Below the pieces are notes generated by a model, which did no database searches, was not told the DNA's origin, and worked only from the letters and a program-made list of their open reading frames with translations. Shown here piece by piece: positions 41,191 through 55,500 of a stretch of DNA of 64,000 nucleotides (position 1 is its first letter; every line of letters begins with the position of its first letter). Origin of the DNA: Octopus vulgaris (taxonomy: Eukaryota); assembly GCA_951406725.2 (NCBI GenBank), contig OX597823.1, positions 48,546,001-48,610,000 on the forward strand. The letters run 5' to 3'. The position numbers and the translations under genes were made by a program.

Positions 41191-43429
41191 CCTACAAAGT
41201 TACTTAAATCCGTTATTGATGATTATTATCAATTATAAAATCTTTTCCAAAATCCTTTGCAAAGTGCATAAACAACATACCATTATTGCTATTATTACTA
41301 AGGTGGGCGAGCTGGCATAATTGTTAACACGCCATGTTCTGAGTTCAAATTCTGTTGAGGTCCACGTTGCCTTTTATCCTTTCAAGGTCAATAAAATAAG
41401 TACCAGCTGAGAACTGAGGTTGATATAATCAGCTTAGCTCCTCCCCAAAACTTGCTGGCCTTCTTGAGCCAAAATGTGAAACCATTATTACTATTATTAC
41501 TCATACTACTAACTGCCATTCATCCTTTTGGAGTTGACAAAATAAAGTACCAGACAAGTACTGGGGTTGACTAATCAACTAACCCTTCCCTTAAAAAAAA
41601 TCACTTACCTTGTGATTAAATTAAAAATGCCTTGAAAGATGACGACTAAATGGATTTAGAAATACTAATGTTCCAAACTAAACATAAATGATTAATAAGA
41701 TTATATGAAAAATACTGAATAAAAATATCAAACTTGACATGATATATATCTTCAATACATCCCAATATCTATCGCTTGCTCCCCCCCCCTCTCTCTCTCT
41801 CTCTCCATATATCTATCTATCTATCTATATATATATATATAATATCATCGTCATCGTTTAATGTCTGCTTTCCATGGGCTAGATGGTTCAACTGAAGACT
41901 GGTAAGCTGGTGGGCAACACCAGGTTCCAATCTCATTTAGCAACGTTTTTACAACTGGACACCCTTCCTAACATCAACTACACTGAGAGTGTAGTGGGTG
42001 CTTTTTACATGCCACCAGCATGGGTGCCATTGACTTGACACCGGCTTCAAGAAAGGTTTAGGGGATCAGTTGATGTTAGTAAAGAGGGAAAAGCTGTATC
42101 ACTGACAGATTTTGTACATTGTTATACACATTCACTTAATTTAGTACTCTCTCAATTGGCTTCAAGAGTTTATGAATGTCAAATTTTCTTCCAAATTTTA
42201 AAAAGAATTTCAACTTTTTTCTCAACATTGACAGATTGAATAGCCCCTACTGGATGAAATCATTGGAAGGTGATTTCCAAAGTTATATGCACATCTCTCA
42301 TGTCTTACTAACTACTTCAAAACAGTGCATTATGGTGGTGGGGGACTATTTTCATTTTCAGACTCCCCATATCTCAAAGCATATATAATACTAAACTTTT
42401 CACAAAAAACAGGGGACAATGGAACACTCAGAAACCTCACCACCACCACAAACAACAACCACAGTGGGTGGAGTGGGATGAACTGCATGCCCTAGCTTCC
42501 TAGTCACCCTTTGCCACTGATGCACTTATACATATCCAATAAGTTTTTAGAAAATTTTCTTGATCCAGTCACAGTATTTGAAGAAAGATGCCCTCAAGTA
42601 AAAATTTATTAATTGTATCAAAAAATCTTTTTTAAAAGAAATATTGATTGAAGCAGACCTTATGGAAGGAGCGTGTTGAGTTAGGCATACTTTAATGTTT
42701 TCAACTTTTTAAATGTACATATTACAAAATAATCTGTACAGAAGTACTTGTTTTTAATAATAACATTGACTAGTTCTGGTTTACATTTGGATTTAGAATT
42801 CTTATAAAGAACTCTTTTTGTGCCTTTTACAGTTGATCCCTTTCTTTCATTATTTTTAAGAAAAAAAACAGAAAAAGGAATATTTTCAATTTTCCATTCA
42901 CACAAATTTCTATGTGTAAACTACATAGAACATTTCTATGAGCTGAAGCTTAAATTTGTTGCTTATTTACTCTAAATTGATCTATTAATTTTAATCCTGT
43001 TTGGCTTATTATAATTTTCATTGCACTGTGAGCCTGTGATATAGTAATTGAGATTTTTTGGCTTGCAATTCCTATTTTCATTACTTTTCAATTCTTCCTC
43101 ATTCTTGAGAGTATTGACATTAGAGTACACAACTTAATTTGGAAAAAGAATATATGGAAGCTGAAAGATTTCTTTGCCAGATGTGTATTCATTGAAGTAC
43201 ACACACATGGTGAGGGGGAGAAGATAGCAATTTATAACATACAACAGAGAATTTCTGCAAAATAATATGTTACAAGCCACAAACAAGATCTGTGAATAGA
43301 GGAATATTATAACCAGATGGAAGGTAGGTAACATGATGGTGGAACGTTACAACTGATAGAGCCATAAAAACTAAAAAAAAACAAGTCTAGAAAAAGTGGA
43401 AGAAGATGAGAACAAAGAATAATATAAAT

Positions 43430-44325
43430 AGATAGAAGAGAGGCTGGACATCAAGTATACTTAGCAACAAAAGAAACAAGAAGAGTGAGCATTGTGCTAT
43501 GAGAGGATCAGGGGCACGAAGTGTTCTTTCTTGCAAAGCAGTGTATGGCTCAGGATGTAGTTAGTGAGAATATGTAGTGATTGCATCACAGTCATTCTCA
43601 TTTACACTAAGAAGAAAGAAGCTAGAAAATCTTTTATAATGAGACTGATAAGTGAAGAAAATATATGTGAAAGGGAGAATAACTTGTAGTTGATCTAACA
43701 GAATGACCACCTATCAAGACTGAAAGCTGTATGATCAAAATGGCTATTAAAAATATGAAGGCAGGGAAAGCAACCAGGCCTGCAGAGTTAGTCGCTGAGA
43801 TGATGGAAATGTCAGTGAAATAGGACATGGACTACTTCATTTGTAAAGTAAATCAAATATCACAGGAAGGGTCATTTTCAATGATTGGTGTTGCAAGATC
43901 ATCATCATCTGCTTCTAGGAAGAAGTAACTCCAGAAGTAACAAGCTGATGGAATAAGTTATGAAAGTAACAGAAAGAGTTATAGCACAACTAGTTAGGGA
44001 GAAAAATAGTTTGGAAAAGATACAATACAGGTTTGTGTCAGGAAAGGTAATAACTGTTCCTAGCAAATCAACTGCAGAACTTTTGACAATGAGCAAACCA
44101 CTAAACCTATTTGACAAAGGTACTACACTTTGGTGTTTAGTGTTCCCTAAGAACAGAAGGTGTGGCTGAGAACCATACAAGCCATGTACAGAGAGTTAAC
44201 AATCTGAGAGCTAACAATGCATTCAGCAAGGAATTTTGGATAAAGGTGGGTGTTCATCAGTGTTTGGTTCTCAGCCTCTCCTGTTTATTATGTTTCCAGG
44301 CCATAACAAAAGAATTTACAATCAA
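43430..44325 (+). mobile_element. Old degraded RTE-clade LINE fragment
   Basis: Remnants AIKNMKAGKATRPAELVAEMM and MKVTERVIAQLVREKNSLEKIQYRFVSG. It is collinear with the 14730-15275 fragment and has many stops. Confidence 0.7.
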
Positions 44326-45541
44326 CTGACTATGGTAATATTTATTTGTGCAGAATTCAGTAAAGCACTCATTGAAATGGAATATTTCAGTTTCAGAGCA
44401 ATAACATAATATAATGACTTAAACAAAATAACAAATGAAAAATACAGTGAGGTATAAATATGAAAATAAGTACATATATATTCTATATATTTTTTCCTGA
44501 GCGAAACAGACAGACAGACAACTTCCTTTGAAGATTGTGGTGACATGGAACTTGTGTTGTGAGATAAGCTTTCAGTTTCATTACACACACACTCACACAC
44601 ACATATGCAGAGTGAGAGAGAGGCAGAAAAGATAGAGTGTAAAGGAGAGAGAGACATTGAGTCTGTGTGATACCTTACATAGTTTGCTAGCTATAGAGAC
44701 AATTTTCAGTTTATTTTGTGCCATCTTATTTAATATTTAACTATATACTGTAATAAAAAATTATTTGTGAAATTAAACTAAAGAAGGACAAAAATTTTCT
44801 GATTATTTAAATAAATATCGACAGAACAAAAACCAAATGTATCAAATATCAAAATTAAGAAACCATATTTAAAATTTAAATGCACTTTAACTACAATGAA
44901 AAAAAGAGAACATTTATATAAAAAAAAAAGAGTAATTTTAATTTCATTTTGAACTGTTTATTTATATAACTAGTATTTATTAATTTGATCAAAATTATCA
45001 GAGAGGCAAAATGAAATTAGCTGGAGAATTTAATCAATAATAATTACAAGCATAACGATATTAGAACTAAGTGTTTAATGGAGTCAGAATCAGACACAGA
45101 GCAGGAGAGACTGGGCTATGGACATCTAAACAATCACTCATATTATAATAACAAGGGGAGAAAGATCTAGAATTAAATAGAGAAAATACTAATTATAATA
45201 GAGAGACAAAATACATGAGGGCAAAAAAAAATGAATATAAACAAACAAAAAAGATTACCAGACATATCACTAGTGTTTACAAAGGGGTTACATTTAAAGT
45301 GTCTGATTACAACACGACTTAAATGTTTGACGACTATACTCACTTGAGATAATAGTTTTAGGCCTATCAACAAAATGAAGAATAAAAATAACGTTTTAAT
45401 AAACAAGAATATAAGTAAACAAATAGGTGTCTTAATTTCGAGGGAAATCTCTATGAAATAGTAAGAGTTAAGTCAAAACTTATATGGTTTTCTTCACATA
45501 AAATATTATGTAAGAAATTTTGACTTCAATGCTTTACTCAC

Positions 45542-45721
45542 CTAAGAATTTAGCAGAAAATCTTTGATATTCAGTTTGACTATCTTTGCGTAAAACTACT
45601 TTTTTGTTTCGATGAAGAAACTGTCTTCGGAAGCTATTTTCTGAAACTGTGGTTGCATTTGACTCAGACCGTTTGTGGTTTGAAGGCACTTGACAGTCAG
45701 CTTTACTCTCCAAAAATACCT
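45542..45721 (-). CDS. Pdzph1: Coding exon immediately N-terminal to the PDZ domain
   Basis: Acceptor ttctgtttctttcAG, donor G|GTGAGT, 180 bp, phase 1/1: EVFLESKADCQVPSNHKRSESNATTVSENSFRRQFLHRNKKVVLRKDSQTEYQRFSAKFL. Joins in frame (G+AA=E) to exon 29589-29491. Confidence 0.85.
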
Positions 45722-46941
45722 CTGAAAGAAACAGAAAAATCATAAAAATAAAATTTTTCTAACAGCATCTCAAATCAGAAAATAGTATTTTCACTCATTT
45801 GAAATAAAGAAAAAAGAAAGAAAAATAAAAGAAAACATGGAAAGTAATAGTTGTAAGTATATCCAATGCAAACTTATTTAAATATTCTAAAACTTATTAC
45901 ATAAATTCAAGAAATTAAACAAGAGATTAAAGTTTCAAAGAGACATTATCTGAAATATTCCTACAGCTTTAAAATAGTTATCAGGTAAAGCAGAAGGTTA
46001 ATGAAGGTAAAAGTCTACATTAAACAGGTTTTATATTTTGCTTGTTTCTAAGTTATAGAAATAAATTGCCTAGAAAAATATCTTTAATTTGTGTTGCATA
46101 TAATAAATTAATTCATTGAGTCTATGTTAATTTTTCTGTTTCAAATTCAAGTCTAGCTAGAAGGAGTAAAATATCAAATCAAATAATGAAATTTTAATTC
46201 AATTAATATAGTTGAGAAACAGTAGAAATGAAATTGAACCAAGTATATCCAATAACCAAAATTATTCACCAATGCTACATCAAAATCAATATACTTATAC
46301 CAACATACCATCACATTCCAAAGTTCAAGAAAACAAAATATATTTGATTAAATGTAGAAAAGCTTCACATTGCTGTCTTTATGTGTTTAAGTTTGATCAT
46401 GTCAACATTCTTATTTACTTCATTTGTATTTGTGACGGCTGTCTTAATTCTTCCAGAGCTTTAGGAAGAATATTGTGTTTTATAGAAAATAATAAGTATT
46501 TTGTGATTTACCATAACATAGTATGGCAAAACAAAGAATATAAATAACATGATCTGTTCATATTCTAAGCACATTCCCCACCCTTCACACACTTGTTTGT
46601 TACTGTTTGTATGGATGTGAAAGTATTGCGAAAGAGCAAAGTGAAATAAATATGAGTGTATGAGAGGATAATAAACAAAAAAACATATGATAATCTACTC
46701 AGTAACACTATTGCATTTGATTATTAGTAGAGAAAAGAAACCAAGAATACAATATGGAAACACATCAAACTTCTTGTAGGTTTTTTCTTTATTTTGAACT
46801 CTTCCAACTAACATTGAATTTTTTTTTTTTTCATCGTGGGATAAATAGGTCACATCACCTTTTATTAGCAAAATTGAACATAGCCTAATTTTATATATAT
46901 ATATATATATATACGTGTGTGTATGTATGTTTGTGTGTGTG

Positions 46942-47053
<112 letters not shown>

Positions 47054-47199
47054 TGTGTGAGAGAGAGAGAGAGAGTGGGTGTATGCATGTGTGTGAAATT
47101 TTGTGAAGGAAGATATCAGCTTTTCAGGACAATAACAAATCTTGTTCAATTATATTAAGATTTAACTGTATGGTATAGATGCTGCTGCTGCTGCTACTG

Positions 47200-47230
<31 letters not shown>

Positions 47231-49714
47231 CAATAATATTAATAATAATAATAATAATAATAATAAACATCATTAAAGTATTACCAAATAAGATAATATT
47301 CCATACAGAGAAGATTTTATAAATGCTTATCCATATATGACAATAGATATAGAATGAAATGTAATTATAATTAAAGTAATGCATGTAATAAACTTGTGGT
47401 GCTATAAGAAACACTGTATTGTAGAGGTTATAAAGTGTGATATTGATCTTAATTTTAAAATGTTATTTTATCATATGCAAGAGATAATAACCTTCAAATA
47501 TCGTTAAGAATAACAGCTAAATCTGAAATGGTTAACTGACCAAATGATAAATGTAATGATTTCATAGTAATTTTTTTTTTTAAAAAAAGGGTATCTCTAT
47601 CAATAATAAAAGGGACATGTAATATTTCTGTCATGGATAAAGCAGGTTGGAGAAACCAATTCACAGTGGAACAAAACACTTGGAGGACATTAGATAATAA
47701 CTTGATAAATTAAAATGTGAAAATTGTGGTTGGTACATCATAAGAATTATATTAATTGTACTAACCTTAAAACAATTTTTGTCTTTTGATTTTTAAATTT
47801 AGGAGTCTAGGATCTAATTTCATTATTTGGACATTTAGAAGCCTAAAACAAAACTCATTTGGAATTTGATAAATTTCAACACTAAAACAATGGACAACAT
47901 TTCATTGGAAACATACTGATTCCAAGTTTTGGCACAGGACCAGCAATTTCAGTGGGGAGGAGTAAGTCATTTACATTGATCCCAATGTTCAACTGGAACT
48001 TACTTTATCAACCCTGAAAGGATGAAAGGCAAAGTCAAAGAGTGAGGCAGCTTTATGCTAAGCAGAATTTGAACTCAGAACATAAAAATGGACAAATTGT
48101 CACTAAATATTTTGCCTGGCATGCTAACAAGTCTGCCAGCTTGCCACCTTAATGTCATTGGAAACATACTGATTTCAAATTTTCATACAAAGCCAGCAAG
48201 TTTTTTTTTTTTTGGTGGTGGAGGTGGGGGGGGGGGGGGTAAGTTGATTACATCAACCCCAGTACTCAACTAGTACTTATTTCATCAACCCCAAAAGGTT
48301 GATTTTGCAGAATTTGAACTCAGAACATACAGACAGACAAAATGCCACTAAGCATTCAGCCCAGAGTGCTAACAATTCTGCCAACTTACAGCCTTTTTCA
48401 TTGGAAACATATTGACAGCAGAAAAAAAAAGTAACAAAAAGTAAAGAAAAATGTTGAGAACACATTTTTAATTAAAAAACATATTTAATAATTTTGTATT
48501 TCAAATAAATAATTGCAAAATAAAACTTGGCACAATTACGAGTGCCTTTTATGTGGCATCAGCACGGGTGCTTTTTATGCAGCACTAGCACAGGTGCTCG
48601 TTCCATGACACTGCAAAAAGGAAAAAGCCTTCAGCTGGGATGAGAGCATTAACAATTCTCCTGTGGTGGATGAGTTTTCTTGAGTACAGCAAGTCTCCAG
48701 ATATCTCAGTCCTTTGTCATCTTCTTCATTAGGCTCAGTGTCTTGAGATCACCTTTCAGTGCTCTACATGGCTTATTCAAGCGGAGCAGCATAGTTCATT
48801 GGTTAAGAAGTTTCGCTTCACATTTATAAGATCCTGGGTTTAATCCTATACTGTGGTACCTTGGACAACTTCTTTTACAGGTGCAGGCATGGCTGTGTGG
48901 TATAAAGCTTACTTCCCAACCATATGGTTCCAGGTTCAGTCCCACTGCATGGCACCTAGGGAAAGTGTTTTCTAATAAAGCCTTGGGCTGACCAAAGTCT
49001 TGTGAGTGGATTTGGTAGATGGAAACTGAAACAATCCTGTTGTATATATATATACATGTATATATTTGTGTCTGTGCTTGCCCCCCCCACCCCATCGCAT
49101 GATAACCGATGTTGGTGTATTTACATCCCATAATTTAGTGGTTACATCCCCATAACTTAGCGGTTCAGCAAAAGAGAATGATAGAATATGTACAAGGCTT
49201 ACAAAGAATAAGTCCAGGGGTCATTTTGTTCGACTAAAAGCAGTGCACCAGTATGGCCTCAGTCAATTGACTGAAACAAGTAAAAGAATAAAAAAAAATA
49301 TATATTTACATCTGTCTTTATGTCTGTGTTTGTTCCCCACCACCACTTGACAACCAGTGGTGCATTTAACTTAATGGTTCAGCATAAGAGATCAATAGAA
49401 TACGTACCAGGCTTAAAAAATAAAATTAGTACTTGGGTTGATTCATTTGAGTAAAACTTCTTCAAGGAAGTGCCCCAGCATGGCTTCAGTCTAATGACTG
49501 TAGCTTTAACTTGTCAACACTTAGCATAAAGCCACCTCTCTCTTTGCTCCACTTACAGGTGAGTAAGATCTTAGTCATGAGAGTTAGATGGCAATCTCAC
49601 AAATGCTGGTGTCACAGAAAAAGCACCCACTACACTCTGTAAAGAGGTTGGCATTAAAAAGGGAATCTTGCCATAGAAAACATGCCAAAGATTATGATGG
49701 AGTATAGTACAGTT

Positions 49715-50123
49715 ACTCTTTACTCTCTTTTACTTGTTTCAGTTATTTGACTGTGGCCATGCTGGAGCACCGCCTTTAGTCGATCGAGCAAATCGACCTG
49801 AGGACTTATTCTTTGTAAGCCTAGTACTTATTCTATCGGTCTCTTTTGCCGAACTGCTAAGTTAAGGGGATGTAAACATACCAGCATCGGTTGTCAAGTG
49901 ATGTTGGGGGGACAAACACAGACACACAAACATATACATACATATATATATACACATATATACAGCGGGCTTCTTTCAGTTTCCATCTACCAAATCCACT
50001 CACAAGGCTTTGGTCGGCCCGAGGCTATAGTAGAAGACACTTGCCCAAGGTGCCATGCAGTGGGACTGAACCTGGAACTATGTGGTTGGTAAGCAAGCTA
50101 CTTACCACACAGCCACTCCTATG
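49715..50123 (-). mobile_element. SINE family A copy
   Basis: Near full-length reverse complement of 61577-61985. Confidence 0.85.
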
Positions 50124-51221
50124 CCTCTAAGTTCTCTAATTTGTTCAATCATCTAACCCATGCTAGTACAAAAAAATGGATGTAAAATAATGATGACTTT
50201 TCAATATCATCAGAGTCTAGACAATGTAAAAAACAGTACTTATTCATTTTAGAGTGGCTTTTTTTTTCTTTTTGACACTCGAGTAACATTTTTACTATGC
50301 TATTCTTTTTAAAGCAGACTTTATATTTCTGTTTTGAATATCAATGATTTAGAATATGCAAAAGAAAAAAAAAGATTTAAATTTTTTTCTTTTTTGAAAA
50401 GTATGGTTTTTTGTACATAAATATATTCCATTTGTATTTGAAGTGCATAAATATTTTGTTTACAGTGGAAAGTAGATTTTGAAAATTTTAATTATCTGAA
50501 TTGAAGTAAGAAAATCTAATTACAAATGTAAATAAATATGTCGAAATAATTTTAGGAGTCTGGGACCCAATTTCATAATTTGGGGATTTGGAAGCCCCAA
50601 ACAGAACTCATTTGTAATTCAATAGATTTCAATTCTAAAACAATGTTAGCCAAACGTATTATGCATGCACAAACACAGACACACACATACAATCATCATC
50701 ATCATCGTTTAACGTCCCCCTTCCATGCTGGCATGGGTTGGACAGTTTGATAGGAGTTGGACAAGCAGGAGCCTGCACCATGCTTCTATGTCTGTTTTGG
50801 CAGGGTTTTTCACAGCTAGATGCCCTTCCTAATACCAACCACTCTGCAGAGTGAAGTACACAAATATATATATTTATATAGAGTGAAGGCATATGGCCTA
50901 GTGCTTAGGGTGTTGCACTCATGGTTGCTACATTATGGGTTCAATTCCAAGAGCATGTGGGGCATTGTGGTCTTGAGGAAAATACTTCATTTCACATTGT
51001 GCAGAAATCATTTTGACATCTGATGTGTGACACACAAGTGCACCTGTACAGATAATGTTCATTTGAAGGAGGGAGTGAGCTTATGTACGGCACATACATT
51101 TGATCACAATAAACAAATCATTTGTGTAGGTCATTCAGTAAAAACTGAATGCTCATACATCCGTCGTCTTCCATGGGAGATTCCATCATTTATACATATA
51201 TACTTATATACGACTGTGTGT

Positions 51222-51276
<55 letters not shown>

Positions 51277-51949
51277 TGTGTGTGTGTGTGTGTACATGCA
51301 TAAAAATACATTTACATACAAAAATATGTACTGTAGCTATAAATGCTCTAAAACAAAAATCCATCTGTAATCTAAATACAATTTTTTTAATTAAAACGAT
51401 ATTTTCAATTAAAATTTTAATTAAAAAGATGCTTTCAATTAAAGTTTCAGTTTATAGGTGCAGACATGGGTCTGTGATTGGCTTTGCAATCATGTGGTTT
51501 CAGGTTCAGTCTGACTGTGCAGCACCTTGGGTAAGTCTCTTCTATTATAGCCCCAGGCCAATCAATGCCATGTGAGTGGATTTGGGAGATAAAAAATATG
51601 TAGAAGCTAGTCATAAATACATATGTGTGTGTGTTTGTGTTTGTCCTCTATCCCTGTAACTTAGCATTTCAGCAAAAGAGATCAATAGAATAATTTCCAG
51701 GGTTAAAAAAGAAGTACAGGGTTGATTTGTTCAACTATACCCGTTAAGGTGGTGCCCCACCATGGCTACAGTCCAATGACTACAACAAGTAAGACACAAA
51801 AGATAAAAGAAAATTGTCTCTGTGTGTAAGTATTCTTATTATTGGTCAATGGCTGATTTCACAGACATAAAACTTTGTCTCAGTGCATTATTATTCTTTG
51901 GCTGTAATAAATATTTAGGAGTGACACAGGCAATAGAGAGAAAATACTC

Positions 51950-51983
<34 letters not shown>

Positions 51984-52929
51984 ATGTGATCATATGACTG
52001 ACCATACTATCGAAAGGTGTTATACATCATTGGTCACAATGCTCTTTGCATCGCTTTAGCTTTCAAATGATGCCATTCTACTGGTAAGGTGAGTAGGCCA
52101 AGTTATATACATATATATAGATTTGAATTATAAAGAGAGATATCAAATAAATTAAGCAGAAAAGCTATTTCATATTTTATCACTAATTATCATAATATAG
52201 TTATTTTTAAATATTTATAAATATCATTCCCCAATTTCTTACTTTAGTCTTGTTGACAGCATTTGATGCAGTTTTAATAGTTTATTTCTTAAATTGCGAT
52301 ATTGTTTTCCTCCTCTAATTTCCTTTTCATATATTTCTTTAATTAAAACACATTCAAAATCAATGTGATATGTAAACTTTTTTGTTTTGATATATATGTA
52401 TATATATATATTCTTTCAATGTACATTTTTCAGAACACTATTTGAACTGAATTATGCTTTCAGACATTACGTACATATCTCTGCAACCATATATTTTAAT
52501 CATTTATTGTAATATATTTAGGCTATTTATGAATCTATTCACTATCTTAGGCTTGGTTCTATCTGCTACTGGTACCATGTAACTCATTACACCTGATGTC
52601 ATTGCCAGGTGGGCTGTGACTAGACTGATTTCTTCATTCCAGTTCAATAGGTCGAAAAGAGGTGTGTAGGGCTTCAGTAGGATTAAAAATAAACCCTGTC
52701 AAATGGTGGAAGGACTTCTCACAGAAAAGTCAAGGTCAACTACACCTTGTAGAAGACAGGCACTTCCATGTTATCTGCTTACTGGAACATCACACTGTTG
52801 AAACCAACTTCAAATAGTGAACCAGATTAGCCAGGACATTTGTGAGTCATTGTGCAGTTGACAATATTTAAATAGACTTTTATCTCAGGAATATTTTAAT
52901 TTTTGCTCATATAAGAATTTCCAGTAATC

Positions 52930-53125
52930 CCATGCCAGTGGCACGTAAAAAGCACCAACTACACCCTCGGAGTGGTTGGCGTTAGGAAGGGTATCCAGCT
53001 GTAGAAACTCTGCCAGATAAAGTTTGCAGCCTGGTGCAGCTATCTGGTTCACCAGCTCTCAGTCAAAATCATCCAACCCATGCTAGCATGGAAAGCAGAC
53101 GTTAAACAATGATGATGATGATGAA
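52930..53125 (+). mobile_element. Retroposon 3' tail family D (RTE-associated) ending in (GAT)n
   Basis: gtggcacgtaaaaagcacc...ggagtggttggcgttaggaaggg...aacccatgctagcatggaaagcagacgttaaacaatgatgatg. Other copies lie at about 12320-12516+, 15700-15900+, 32410-32650+, 34695-34860+, 41845-42050-, 50695-50855-, 56395-56660+, 57955-58560- and 61150-61470+. Confidence 0.75.
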
Positions 53126-54214
53126 ATGGGCATCAGGGTTACAGTGTTATATACAAAAGCCACAGGCATATTTTAACAAATTCAAAAGTAGGTCCTGACA
53201 TAAAGTTGTGAATCCTGGATCTAGAAGGATGGAGTGGGTGAGGTTGTGTCTCTCAATGGGAATCTGCAAGCACATTTGGCTATAAATGATGATGGTGATG
53301 AATCCATCCAGTTCCAGTTACCTGCTGCTTATATTTAAAACACTACTTTTCTGAGTCCACTTACTAAAAGTCTGTTGCTTAAAATCAGGCTGCATACTTA
53401 ACAGATCTCATTCAAGTCATACCTCATCAGTAGGCTGTATGTTCCCTGTTATCACTGGTCTTCTAACACCATATTTTGTTGCTATCATTTATATCTAGTC
53501 TAAACCTTCGTACAAAGAGAAGTTCTCTTTGATACCAGCATTAGCAGTAGTTACTTAAACAGCACCAGCATTAAATTAGTTAAAGAGAAACATATATTAT
53601 TGATTATTTCCCATAAACCATTGAATGCTCCAAGGCCTCCAGTACTTGGCTGCTCACACTGTTATCCGCATGTTTGCATTTGCTCTACTTAAAGTATCGA
53701 TTCTCTATCAGTCTACTGAAATCTACTAACACCTCTTAGGCAACCTTTGATTGACCTGCATACATAATATTTAGCTAAGAACAGGCTTCAAATGGAAAAC
53801 AATTATTAATTTACAACTAACTTAAATTCTTCAATGAACGTTACTAATCTCAGGTTTATTTGAAAACTTTGAGAAAATGATCAGGATGTATATTCCATGA
53901 GCTATAATCATTCACATTTAGCAATGTTATCCATTAAGTCAACAAGTAAAAAGTAAAATTATTTATTTTATTTCATTTACAGTTCCTTCTCTCTCTTTCT
54001 CTTTGTATGTATATATACATATAGATATGTCATTCATTTGTTGAATGCATGGAATTTGAAAGTTCCCTGGCATTCTCTTTTGCCAGCTCTTGTGCTAATA
54101 TTAACAGTGGACAGCTAAAATAGTTGAGGAAGGATATTTTGTAATATATATGAATATGTATATGTGTGTGACTGTATATGTGTGTGTGTATATAGATATA
54201 TATATATATACATA

Positions 54215-55104
54215 CAAGATCTGATCAATAAGTATCCGGACTGTTGCCATAGTAACGAAGCTGAAGCACACAGAGCAAAGCCACTTGGTACAGATTGACC
54301 TTGGACTCTGCTGTGCATGCACACTAAGTTTTAACATTCTAGCCCACTTTCACTGTTAACAGCAGTGCTTGGAAGGAACATGTGTAGTGTGCAATCATCA
54401 CATTGACCATGACAGAGAAAGTTTTCATGGTGATACCTGTTCAGAAGCCTACGCAAAGTTATAGAAGGTGTATGGAGAGGGGTGTATGAGCCACACACAA
54501 ATGTATGAGTGGTTCAGACATTTCCAAAATGGCTGATACGATGTCGATAGTGACGAACATTCTGGGAGACCTGCAACCAGCAGAACTGACAAAAACATTG
54601 CAGATGTGTGTGCAGTTGGGAGGGAAAATTGTCAAATTACCATCCATGAGATATCAGAGGATGTGCAGATTAGTTATGGTTCAGTTCAGACCATTATCAC
54701 TGAAGATTTGGGTATGAGATGTGTGTCTGCCAAGTTTGCGCCAAAACTGCTTTCAGCTGACCAAAATGACATTTGGGATTCAGTTGCACAAGATCTCCTT
54801 GATTGTGTCAAGAATGATGAAAACCTTTTGAAAACTTTGCATAGGCCTCTGAGCAGGTATTGCCAAGATTTTAGCAAAATTTGATGCAGATTCTCTGCTC
54901 AACTTTCTTTGTCATGGTCAATGTGACAATCACATGCTACATATGTTCCTTCGAAACACTGCTCTGAACAGCAGAAGTAAAGTAGAACATTAAAACTTAG
55001 TGCGCATGCACAGTAGAGTTCAAGGTCAATCTGTGCCAGGTGGTTTCACTCTGCATGTTTTAGCTTCATTACTAAGAGAGCGGATACTTACTGATCAGAC
55101 CATG
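54215..55104 (+). mobile_element. Mariner-derived non-autonomous element with long (>200 bp) inverted ends
   Basis: TA|CAAGATCTGATCAATAAGTATCCG ... CGGATACTTACTGATCAGACCATG|TA. The internal transposase N-terminal remnant reads YEWFRHFQNG..DSDEHSGRPATS...EDLGMRCVSAKFAPKLLS. Confidence 0.9.
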
Positions 55105-55450
55105 TATGTGTGTATGTGTGTGTGTGTGTGTGAGTGCATATGCATATATGATGATGATGATTTGAGAAGCAGTGATGAATGACAATTCTGTAAATGATAA
55201 TATTTTATAAGTTTAAAGATCATAAGCAATCACCATGTATTGACTAAAGAGAAATAGCCTAGTATTCTAATATTGGAGTAAATAAGCCCACAAAGGAAAA
55301 AGGATTTTCCATCCAATTTGTATGGAAAATCCGCTTTTTACATCAAGGGCTTATATGCCCCAGTATTAGGCTATTTTCTTTAGTCAATACACAGAGATCA
55401 CTTATAAGCTTTAAGCTTATAAAATATTATTGATTACTGAATATATACAC

Positions 55451-55500
<50 letters not shown>

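Noticed and set aside
50190-50220. Minus-strand CUGAUGA-UAUU-GAAAA-GUC hammerhead-like string
   Set aside because: There is no stem II and no proper stem I. It overlaps a retroposon (GAT)n tail, so it is likely chance.
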